Source: Clostridia bacterium (GTDB lineage Bacteria; Bacillota; Clostridia; Christensenellales; DTU072). Taken from it: a DNA stretch of 26,440 bases. Every line of letters starts with the position of its first letter. The first letter of the stretch is position 1. The notes under the pieces were generated by a model. The model saw nothing but the letters and a program-made list of their open reading frames with translations. It did no database searches and was not told the DNA's origin. The translations under genes were made by a program, and so were the position numbers. The stretch is taken from the NCBI GenBank assembly GCA_028703745.1, contig JAQVME010000002.1, positions 1 through 26,440 on the forward strand, given 5' to 3'. Shown piece by piece: positions 1 to 7,369 of this stretch.

Positions 1-137
1 ACAGTTGACCTTACACTTAGTCGGGGTTGGATAATACGTTATCCAATCACTCTTACAAATAATGTTGAGAGTATAAAGATAATTAACCTGACAGTTCATT
101 TTTACTGTCTTGTCTGTTCTATGGAGGTAAAAAGAAC

Positions 138-167
138 GGCGCTTTCCTTTTGGGAAGCGCCTTTTTT
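138..167 (+). terminator. Intrinsic terminator, possibly also serving the convergent AraC gene
   Basis: GGCGCTTTCC-TTTT-GGGAAGCGCC forms a 10-bp stem (one G-U) followed by T6. An A-rich run upstream gives a partial U-tract on the minus strand. Confidence 0.75.
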
Positions 168-203
168 AATGCCGTTTTTGCCGTATCGCACAAGAAAAAA
201 GGG

Positions 204-1118
204 CTATTCTCCCAATATCTGCTCGCGGCGGCTTTCGCGGTAGAGGTTGGGGGTAAGTCCGACAAACCTCTTAAAAATCTTTATGAAATAACCGCAATCT
301 TCAAAGCCAACCTCATACGAGATGTCTCCTACCGGCTTATTCGTGCGGGCAAGCAGAGTTTTTGCCGCTTCGATGCGCATGCCGTTGACGTAGGTTGAGA
401 GGTTTGTTTTGAATACCTTTTTGAAAAGCTTGCTGAAATAGCTGGGGCTGACGTCGCACAACGATGCCAAATCGTCGAGCCGAATTTCTTTATGGAAGGT
501 TTCGTTTATGTATTTTATGGCAGGCTGGATAGTGGGCGCGCTTTTATGCGCAGGCAACTCGTGCGAGGCAACATCAGAAAACGCCTTGCCGTCAATCTTT
601 TCGGAGGCTTCCTTTATGACGTAGTTGTACATATAAAATATCATGTTTGATAGCGCATCTATACGGTCAAGCGACATGACGGGAAGAGCTTTGTAGAGGC
701 TCAGGAGCGCGCCCTCCAGCTTTGTCTCGTTGTACGCGTTGGTTACGCGTTCAAGAGCCTGTTCCGGGTTTTTTAGGCGGATTTGACCCGCCATAACCGC
801 GCCGACATAGGTGCCTTGCAGTGTCACAGGCGTGGCAAAGTCCACAAGACCCATATGGCAGAGATAAATATAAGGCTTTGAAATGCGCGCCGCCTCGAGT
901 CCGCCGCGCGAATCGCATTTTTGGCAGAATTCCCGAAGGGCGGGATCCTCACGAACCCGTTTGCAAAATTCGTTGCAGCCGCTGTGCGCGGAGACGGGCT
1001 TGCCCGTAAAATCTACGGTGATAAGAGCTACTTCCGTAGCAAAAGATATTTTGTCCTGAAGTTTTTGGAGGTCTCCGACCTCAAACAACTGTTTCAAGAG
1101 CAGGCTTCTCTCGGGCAT
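204..1118 (-). CDS. AraC-family transcriptional regulator with N-terminal PocR ligand-binding domain
   Basis: N-terminal PocR-type motifs (CQKCDSRG, PYIYLCHMGLVDFATP, GQI). C-terminal AraC double HTH (LASLCDVSPSYFSKLFKK...VGFEDCGYFIKIFKRFVGLTP). GAGGAG SD upstream on the minus strand. Confidence 0.92.
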   Translation of the reverse strand: MPERSLLLKQLFEVGDLQKLQDKISFATEVALITVDFTGKPVSAHSGCNEFCKRVREDPALREFCQKCDSRGGLEAARISKPYIYLCHMGLVDFATPVTLQGTYVGAVMAGQIRLKNPEQALERVTNAYNETKLEGALLSLYKALPVMSLDRIDALSNMIFYMYNYVIKEASEKIDGKAFSDVASHELPAHKSAPTIQPAIKYINETFHKEIRLDDLASLCDVSPSYFSKLFKKVFKTNLSTYVNGMRIEAAKTLLARTNKPVGDISYEVGFEDCGYFIKIFKRFVGLTPNLYRESRREQILGE

Positions 1119-1349
1119 ACTTTCTCCTCATACACATTTTCTATTTTTTTACTATAAGGGCGGGCGTTTCCGATTGTTGTGTTTTGTCCGGCGGACAAGA
1201 AGCAACAATTAATGAAAGCAGAAGCAATGCTCGGAAATCCGCCATTATCCGCCGTTATATGTTAATAAAGGTACAAAGTGCAAAATGGTACAACAAAATA
1301 ATACCATAACTTTGCTTATTTGTCCAATGTTTTTTTTTGAGCATTAGGC

Positions 1350-1355
1350 TATAAT
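1350..1355 (+). promoter_or_regulatory. -10 box (TATAAT) of gldA promoter with no recognisable -35; likely activator-dependent
   Basis: Perfect TATAAT 42 nt before the ATG. The hexamer at the -35 position (ATGTTT) is a poor match. An AraC activator gene lies adjacent. Confidence 0.5.
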
Positions 1356-1397
1356 TAAAGGTAATTAAAATCTAATTAATAAAGGAGTAATTTTTTT

Positions 1398-2534
1398 ATG
1401 AGAAAAGCATTTATCAGCCCCTCAAAATACGTTCAGGGTGAAGATGAATTATTAAATTTGGGTTATTTTGTAAAGACTTTCGGGAAGTCCGCGCTACTCA
1501 TTGCGCATGCCGACGACGTAAAACGCGTTCAGGACAAGCTTGACGCCACGGTTGCGAAATTCAAGATTACATTGGTTGCCAGCAATTTCGGCGGAGAGTG
1601 CTCGCGTGAGGAAGTCGCCAGACTTACCGAAGTAGCGAAGCAGAACAAATGCGCCTGCACGATTGGTCTGGGCGGCGGAAAGGCCATCGACACCGCCAAG
1701 TGCGTTGCCAAGGGCAGCAACCTTATTATCGTTCCTACGATAGCGGCGACTGATGCGCCCACCAGCCATTCGGCGGTGCTTTACAGACCGGGCGGCGCCT
1801 TTGACGATTATGCCTATTTCAAGGCAAATCCCAGCGTCGTGCTAATTGATACAACGATTATTGCCAAAGCTCCTACCAGATTCCTCGTTTCGGGTATGGG
1901 CGACGCCCTCTCGACATATTTCGAAGCCCGCGCTACGCAAGAATCCTACAGCAACGTAAACGCCGGACTTCCCTGCGGATACAGAGAAGGCTTTGCCGGT
2001 CCCGCCAAGGGAACAAAGACAGCAATGGCTCTTGCCACTCTGTGCTATGAGACCTTGCTCGCCCAAGGCGTAAAAGCCAAAGCGGCGTGTGATAACAATG
2101 TGGTTACCCCCGCCCTTGAAGAAATAATCGAAGCCAACATCCTTCTTTCGGGACTGGGGTTTGAGAGCGGCGGTCTTGCCGCCGCGCACGCCATCCATGA
2201 CGGACTAACCGTGCTCGAAGGCACCCACAAGATGTTCCACGGCGAGAAAGTGGCGTTCGGAACGCTGGTTCAGCTCGTGCTTGAGAACGCGGCGCAGGAA
2301 GAGATTGACGAAGTCGTTGATTTTTGCCTCAGCGTAGGACTTCCCGTATGCCTTGAGGATATCGGCGTAGAAAGCATCACCGACGAAGAGCTTATGGCGG
2401 TAGCCGAAAAATCGTGCATTCCGGAAGAGTCCATTCATTCGATGCCCTTCCCCGTAACAGCCAAGCAGGTTGCCGCAGCCATACTTGTAGCAGACAAGCT
2501 CGGCAGCGAAGCCAAGGGTTGCTGCTGCTGCTAA
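1398..2534 (+). CDS. gldA: Glycerol dehydrogenase (iron/zinc-containing ADH family)
   Basis: SPSKYVQG N-terminus, GLGGGKAIDTAK, PTIAATDAPTS, GMGDALSTYFEA, and metal-ligand His motifs AAHAIHDG and HGEKVAFG. AAGGAG SD. Confidence 0.95.
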   Translation: MRKAFISPSKYVQGEDELLNLGYFVKTFGKSALLIAHADDVKRVQDKLDATVAKFKITLVASNFGGECSREEVARLTEVAKQNKCACTIGLGGGKAIDTAKCVAKGSNLIIVPTIAATDAPTSHSAVLYRPGGAFDDYAYFKANPSVVLIDTTIIAKAPTRFLVSGMGDALSTYFEARATQESYSNVNAGLPCGYREGFAGPAKGTKTAMALATLCYETLLAQGVKAKAACDNNVVTPALEEIIEANILLSGLGFESGGLAAAHAIHDGLTVLEGTHKMFHGEKVAFGTLVQLVLENAAQEEIDEVVDFCLSVGLPVCLEDIGVESITDEELMAVAEKSCIPEESIHSMPFPVTAKQVAAAILVADKLGSEAKGCCCC

Positions 2535-2548
2535 TTTAACAAAAAAAG

Positions 2549-2579
2549 GTTGAAACTGAGGGCAACCTCAGTTTTCGAC
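2549..2579 (+). promoter_or_regulatory. Intra-operon stem-loop between gldA and dhaK
   Basis: AAACTGAGG-GCAA-CCTCAGTTT, a perfect 9-bp stem with a GNRA loop, extendable by about 4 bp. Confidence 0.6.
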
Positions 2580-2603
2580 AATTTTAGAGAAAGGAGAGAT
2601 ATA

Positions 2604-3590
2604 ATGAAAAAAATTATAAATACCCCCGAAACCTTTGTTATCGAGATGTGCAAAGGCCTGATCAAGGCTCATCCCGAACTCGATTTCATCGAAAAATTCA
2701 AGGTTGTCAAGAAGAAAGAGATAAACACCAACAAAGTCAGCCTTATCTCAGGCGGTGGTAGCGGACATGAGCCTGCGCATGCGGGTTTTGTCGGCAAGGG
2801 CATGCTTGACGCGGCGGTTTGCGGTGACATTTTCGCTTCTCCCTCAATCAAGCAGGTATATACCGCCATCACCAAGACCGAATCGAAGAAGGGCACGTTG
2901 CTTATAATAAAGAATTATTCCGGCGACTGCATGAACTTCAACGAAGCCGCGGCGCTTGCCAGGGAAGACGATATTGACGTCGATGCCGTTTACGTAAACG
3001 ACGATATAGCCGTCAAAGACAGCCTTTATACCGTAGGACGCAGAGGCGTTGCGGGAACGGTATTTGTTCACAAGATTGCAGGCGCGGCGGCAGAGGAAGG
3101 CAGAAGCCTTGCCGAAGTAAAAGCCGTAGCCAACAAAACGATACAGAACGTGCGGTCAATCGGTTTTGCGTTGACATCCTGCACGGTTCCCGCAAAGGGG
3201 ACCCCAACCTTTGAGCTGGGCGCCGACGAAATGGAATACGGCGTAGGCATTCACGGCGAACCCGGCAGACAGAGAATGCCCGTTGCCAAGGCAGACGATC
3301 TTGCCGCCGCCATGGTCAGCCAGATTGATGAGGATATGTCGATAGCCGGCGCAGAAGTCGCCGTCATGATAAACGGTTTCGGCGGCAGCCCTCTTCAGGA
3401 ACTCTATCTGTTCAACAATTCTGTTTCTGCAGAAATAGAGAATAAGGGCGCAAAAATATATAAGACGTTGGTGGGCAACTTTATGACGTCCATAGACATG
3501 GCAGGAGCATCGGTGACGGTACTCAAGCTTGACAGCGAATTGAAAGCGCTGCTTGATGCGGAAGTCAACACTCCCGCGTTGAAGAATTAG
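2604..3590 (+). CDS. dhaK: Dihydroxyacetone kinase, DHA-binding subunit K
   Basis: SGGGSGHEPAHAGFVG, KNYSGD, GRRGVAG and GIHGEPG motifs. Start re-called to ATG 2604 (MKKIIN, AAGGAG SD) instead of the TTG at 2550. Confidence 0.95.
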   Translation: MKKIINTPETFVIEMCKGLIKAHPELDFIEKFKVVKKKEINTNKVSLISGGGSGHEPAHAGFVGKGMLDAAVCGDIFASPSIKQVYTAITKTESKKGTLLIIKNYSGDCMNFNEAAALAREDDIDVDAVYVNDDIAVKDSLYTVGRRGVAGTVFVHKIAGAAAEEGRSLAEVKAVANKTIQNVRSIGFALTSCTVPAKGTPTFELGADEMEYGVGIHGEPGRQRMPVAKADDLAAAMVSQIDEDMSIAGAEVAVMINGFGGSPLQELYLFNNSVSAEIENKGAKIYKTLVGNFMTSIDMAGASVTVLKLDSELKALLDAEVNTPALKN

Positions 3591-3599
3591 GAGGCGGAA

Positions 3600-4250
3600 A
3601 TGAACAAAATCACCACAAAAGATATGACTGTCATAATTAATACAATGGCAGATATTATCATTGAGAACGAGGTTCCTTTCTGCGAGCTTGACAGCGCCGC
3701 CGGAGACGGAGACTTTGGAATGAGCCTGGCAAAAGGCTTTAAGCAATTAAAAAAGGAATGGGACGAGCTCGACTTTGACGATATCGGCGCCTTCCTAAAA
3801 AGCTGCAGCATGGTCATTATGGAGCATTGCGGAGGAGCTAGCGGGCCCATCTGGGGTTCGGCTTTCAGAGCCGCCGCCAAGGCCGCAGGCAACGTTGAAG
3901 AAATAGGGCTTGCCGAGCTTGCCGAAATAATGCAGGCCGCCGTAGTCGGCATTCAGAAGACGGGTGAGAGATCCTTCGGAAGGGGCGCAGTGGTGGGAGA
4001 CAAAACTCTTATAGACGCGCTTGTTCCGGCGGCAGACAGCCTGTCCGCCAGCGCCGACGCGGGCGAAGAGTTGCTCTCTGCTATGCAGAAGGCCGCCGCC
4101 GCCGCAGTAGCGGGAGCCGAAAGCACAAAACTTATTGCCGCAAAAATGGGCAGAGCGGGCACGGTCGGCGACCGCAGTATCGGATATCCCGATGCCGGCG
4201 CATTCGGACTCGGGGTTATCTTCACCGGCATAGTAAACAGCCTTTCATAA
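3600..4250 (+). CDS. dhaL: Dihydroxyacetone kinase, ADP-binding subunit L
   Basis: LDSAAGDGDFG, GGASGPIWG, GDKTLIDAL, KMGRA and DAGA motifs. GGAGG SD overlaps the dhaK stop. Confidence 0.95.
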   Translation: MNKITTKDMTVIINTMADIIIENEVPFCELDSAAGDGDFGMSLAKGFKQLKKEWDELDFDDIGAFLKSCSMVIMEHCGGASGPIWGSAFRAAAKAAGNVEEIGLAELAEIMQAAVVGIQKTGERSFGRGAVVGDKTLIDALVPAADSLSASADAGEELLSAMQKAAAAAVAGAESTKLIAAKMGRAGTVGDRSIGYPDAGAFGLGVIFTGIVNSLS

Positions 4251-4268
4251 AAAAACACTACCGAGAAT

Positions 4269-4295
4269 AAACCCCGCTTTCATAAGCGGGGTTTT
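4269..4295 (+). terminator. Intrinsic terminator of the dha operon
   Basis: AAACCCCGCTT-TCAT-AAGCGGGGTTT, an 11-bp stem ending in a T run. Confidence 0.8.
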
Positions 4296-4319
4296 CGTTA
4301 TAAAAATAAGGAGGCAAAA

Positions 4320-4667
4320 ATGGCAAAATATGAGACGATTATACAGGGAAGTTTTAACAAATTGCTTGAAACGATAGAAACGAGGATACTAAGCGGAAGC
4401 GTGTCGGCGAGCCTCGAAGACGGCAGCGATTATGAAAATGACGGCGTTCGGTGCGCCGTTCGTGTATATGAACGGTATAGCATGATCGGCAAGAACAGAG
4501 TAAGCATGAACGTCACGTTGATAGGCAAGGACGACGCCCTGTTTTTGTCGGCAATAACGTCGGGCGGCAGTCAGGCGGTGTTTTTCAAAATAAACACCTT
4601 CGGGGAGGAGGCGTTTTTGGAAAAGATAAAAGAAATAGCCGAAAGCTACAAAAGAGAAAACGGCTAA
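4320..4667 (+). CDS. Conserved small protein, DUF6054-like
   Basis: AAGGAGG SD. The sequence (SASLED...VYERYS...NRVSMNVTL...ITSGGSQAVFFKINTFGEEAFL) resembles the DUF6054 family as recalled; not searched. Confidence 0.7.
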   Translation: MAKYETIIQGSFNKLLETIETRILSGSVSASLEDGSDYENDGVRCAVRVYERYSMIGKNRVSMNVTLIGKDDALFLSAITSGGSQAVFFKINTFGEEAFLEKIKEIAESYKRENG

Positions 4668-4673
4668 GGCAGA

Positions 4674-5789
4674 CTAAAGTATATATCTTATATTAATAAA
4701 GGAAACAAATATAAGCATCAAAAGGAAGGCAAAGTTCAACGCAAAGAATTTGCCGAGATAAACAAGGGCTTTTTTGGGATACATTGCGCTGTAGATACGG
4801 AAGGAAATAAGGCTTGCCAAAGAGGCGACAAGGGTTCCCGTTCCGCCGATATTAACGGCAAGCAGCAGTTCGCGGTAATTCGCCGTAAATTGAGAAAGAA
4901 AGATAGCCGACGGCACGTTGGAAAAGAACTGGCAGAACAGCACGCCCGTAAGCAGCGTGCTTTTTTCCATCAGGAGCGTAACCAGCCGCGCTATGGCGGG
5001 CAGGCGTGACATATTTGAGGCAAAAACGAAAAAGGCGGCGAAGGTAAAGAGCAGACCGTAGTCGACTTTACGGAAAGCCTTGCGGTCAAGCAAAAGCATG
5101 GCGGCAATGACAATACCGCCGGCGATAATATAAGGGATTATATTGAATACCGACAGTATAGAAACAGCGAAAAGCAGCGCGTATACCACGGTCTTTCGCG
5201 TGTTCAGGTCATAATGCACGTCTATGACCAGCTCCACGGGATGTTTTTTGACGGTGAAGCCGAACAGCACGATAAGTAGCAGAGAAACGGCGAAGGGCAG
5301 CAGCATTGTCAGCACAAAATCACTCAGAGGAATGGCATAAAAGCTGTGCAAATACAGGCTTTGCGGATTGCCGAAGGGCATAATCATACCGCCTAGGTTT
5401 GCGGCGATATTCTGCATAATGACAGTTGTGGCTATGTATTCTTCCTTGCCGCATTGCTTGAACACGAGAATGGTAAGCGGCAGAAAGGTCAGCAGCGCCA
5501 TATCGTTGGCAATAAAAATAGACGAAAAAAAGGTGAGAAGCACCATATTCATCACAAGAAAACGGGCGTTTTTGAGTTTTTTTATCAAGACACGCGCGGA
5601 GATAGTAAAGATGTTTATGTTTTTATAGCCCCCAAGCACCAGCATAATCGAGAACAGGCAAAGCAGCGTTTTGACGTCGAAATAAGACAGATATTCTTTG
5701 TCGGGCGGCACAAAGAAAACGGATACTGCGGCGAGTATCCAAGCGACGGTCAGCACAATATTCTGCTTCAAAAAGTTTGCGATTTTCAT
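4674..5789 (-). CDS. ArsB/NhaD/SLC13 (IT superfamily) anion or citrate-type permease
   Basis: Highly hydrophobic 371 aa. Motifs FIANDMALLTFLP, AANLGGMIMPFGNPQ, SNVP and VNIGGTGTLVASLASLI. Confidence 0.88.
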   Translation of the reverse strand: MKIANFLKQNIVLTVAWILAAVSVFFVPPDKEYLSYFDVKTLLCLFSIMLVLGGYKNINIFTISARVLIKKLKNARFLVMNMVLLTFFSSIFIANDMALLTFLPLTILVFKQCGKEEYIATTVIMQNIAANLGGMIMPFGNPQSLYLHSFYAIPLSDFVLTMLLPFAVSLLLIVLFGFTVKKHPVELVIDVHYDLNTRKTVVYALLFAVSILSVFNIIPYIIAGGIVIAAMLLLDRKAFRKVDYGLLFTFAAFFVFASNMSRLPAIARLVTLLMEKSTLLTGVLFCQFFSNVPSAIFLSQFTANYRELLLAVNIGGTGTLVASLASLISFRIYSAMYPKKALVYLGKFFALNFAFLLMLIFVSFINIRYIL

Positions 5790-5797
5790 ACATCACA

Positions 5798-5825
5798 AAT
5801 ATAGCACAACGCAAATAAAAAGCAA
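5798..5825 (-). promoter_or_regulatory. Sigma-A-type promoter of the permease (TTGCTT-16-TGc-TATATT)
   Basis: Minus-strand -35 at 5825-5820 and extended -10 at 5803-5798, only 8 nt from the ATG. Confidence 0.5.
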
Positions 5826-5887
5826 GCAAAAAGAGGAGGGTTTTGGGGGGCATTCAGTTGTGTAAGCTGCTTGAGGACAGGCAAGCA

Positions 5888-6562
5888 TCAGACGCGTCTG
5901 TAGCCTTTTAATAAGAACATGTTTTTATGGAAATCCAGCAGGCCTTCGTTACGCATTTTTGACAGTTCATTTGACATGGCGCTTCGGTCTACGGCGAGGT
6001 AGTCTGCCAGCTCCTGACGGTTGAAGGAAATGGTGAAAGCTTTGCCTTTTGCTTGCGAGGTTTGAGATGAAAGATAAAAAAGCAGTTTTTCCCTCGTTGT
6101 CTTTTTTGTCACGCAGGCGATTTTGTGGGTGAGAGATACACTTTTTTTTGTGAGAATACTTATGAGGTTGACAATAACCCTATTGTGAAAAAAGCAGTTC
6201 GAGGAACAAGTGGTTATGATTTTTGCATAGTCAATAAGCAACACCTCGGCTTTTTCGGCGGCAAGCGCGCTGACGGGCGACGAGGGTTGCGACGCCGTGT
6301 CGGGAAAGGACTCTCCGAACATTTCGCCGCTGTGGATTTCCGACAAAATCGTACGGTTACCCCAAAAATCGTCTTTTATAATGAGTATTCTGCCCGATAG
6401 CGCGATGCCTACGGTGCGAGTGGTATCTCCTTCCATAAAAAGGTAGGAGTTTTTGTCATAAACGGCTTTTTTTGCAGACAAACAGCTCAGCATTGCCGCA
6501 ACATTGTCCTCTACGCCTTTAAAGAGCGGAGAGTGTTTTAAGATATCTAAATATTTTTCCAT
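5888..6562 (-). CDS. Crp/Fnr-family regulator, HcpR-like
   Basis: cNMP-binding-like N-terminal domain (GEMFGE) and C-terminal HTH (RQELADYLAVDRSAMSNELSKM). Divergent from the hcp operon. Confidence 0.9.
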   Translation of the reverse strand: MEKYLDILKHSPLFKGVEDNVAAMLSCLSAKKAVYDKNSYLFMEGDTTRTVGIALSGRILIIKDDFWGNRTILSEIHSGEMFGESFPDTASQPSSPVSALAAEKAEVLLIDYAKIITTCSSNCFFHNRVIVNLISILTKKSVSLTHKIACVTKKTTREKLLFYLSSQTSQAKGKAFTISFNRQELADYLAVDRSAMSNELSKMRNEGLLDFHKNMFLLKGYRRV

Positions 6563-6574
6563 AATACACCGTTA

Positions 6575-6590
6575 TGTTGTTTTTACAACA
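6575..6590. promoter_or_regulatory. Palindromic operator TGTTGT-N4-ACAACA, candidate HcpR site
   Basis: Perfect 6-4-6 inverted repeat with Crp-family geometry (TGTTG-N6-CAACA), located between the divergent regulator and the hcp operon. Confidence 0.65.
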
Positions 6591-6645
6591 GATTTAATAA
6601 TTATAATATGCTACAATAAAATAAAAAAGTCAAGAGGTAAATAAA

Positions 6646-7347
6646 ATGCTCAGAAAAATAATAACGATAGACGAGGGGAAGTGCAACGGCTGCGGAGCCT
6701 GCGCCGAGGCTTGCCATGAAGGCGCTATCGGTATGATTGGCGGCAAGGCGAAGCTGCTGCGCGATGACTATTGCGACGGACTGGGCAACTGTCTGCCCGT
6801 CTGCCCCACCGGAGCAATAACCTTTGAGGAAAGAGAAGCCGCGGAATACAACGAGGAGGAGGTTCGCAAGAAGATGCAACAAAAGGTGCAAGAGAAGCTT
6901 GCTTGCGGCTGTCCGGGGACTCAAGCCAGAAAGCTGGAGCGCAAGGAAGAAGAGGAATGCTCGCGGAGTTATGCAGAAAGTCCCAGCAGATTGCAACAAT
7001 GGCCTGTGCAATTAAAGCTTGCACCCGTCAACGCGCCGTATTTCAAGGGGGCAAACTTGCTGGTCGCCGCTGACTGCGCGGCGTACGCCTATGCGAATTT
7101 CCACGAGAAATTTATAAAAAACCGCATTACCGTAATAGGTTGTCCCAAGCTTGATATGGTGGATTATACCGAAAAGCTTACTGAGATTATCAGGCTCAAC
7201 GACATAAAGAGCGTAATGGTGGTGCGTATGGAGGTGCCGTGTTGCGGCGGAATAGAATTCGCCGTTAAGAACGCGTTGCAAAAAAGCGGAAAATTTTTAC
7301 CGTGGCAGGTAGTAACCATTACTACCGGCGGGGAAATAATAGATTAA
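6646..7347 (+). CDS. 4Fe-4S dicluster ferredoxin-domain protein (hcp-associated)
   Basis: CNGCGACAEAC and CDGLGNCLPVCP cluster motifs. C-terminal AADC, GCPKLD and EVPCCGG motifs. Confidence 0.9.
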   Translation: MLRKIITIDEGKCNGCGACAEACHEGAIGMIGGKAKLLRDDYCDGLGNCLPVCPTGAITFEEREAAEYNEEEVRKKMQQKVQEKLACGCPGTQARKLERKEEEECSRSYAESPSRLQQWPVQLKLAPVNAPYFKGANLLVAADCAAYAYANFHEKFIKNRITVIGCPKLDMVDYTEKLTEIIRLNDIKSVMVVRMEVPCCGGIEFAVKNALQKSGKFLPWQVVTITTGGEIID

Positions 7348-7369
7348 AAAAACAGGGAGGACAGTATTT

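Noticed and set aside
1-243. Stop-free +1 frame of 80 codons at the window start
   Set aside because: No recognisable motif. It runs through a terminator hairpin and overlaps the AraC gene end, so it is probably chance.
2550-2603. N-terminal extension of DhaK in the ORF track (TTG start)
   Set aside because: Lies within the intergenic hairpin. The SD-supported ATG is at 2604.
6592-6606. PerR-box-like ATTTAAT-A-ATTATAA upstream of the hcp operon
   Set aside because: Two mismatches in a very AT-rich stretch. Not distinguishable from chance without comparative data.
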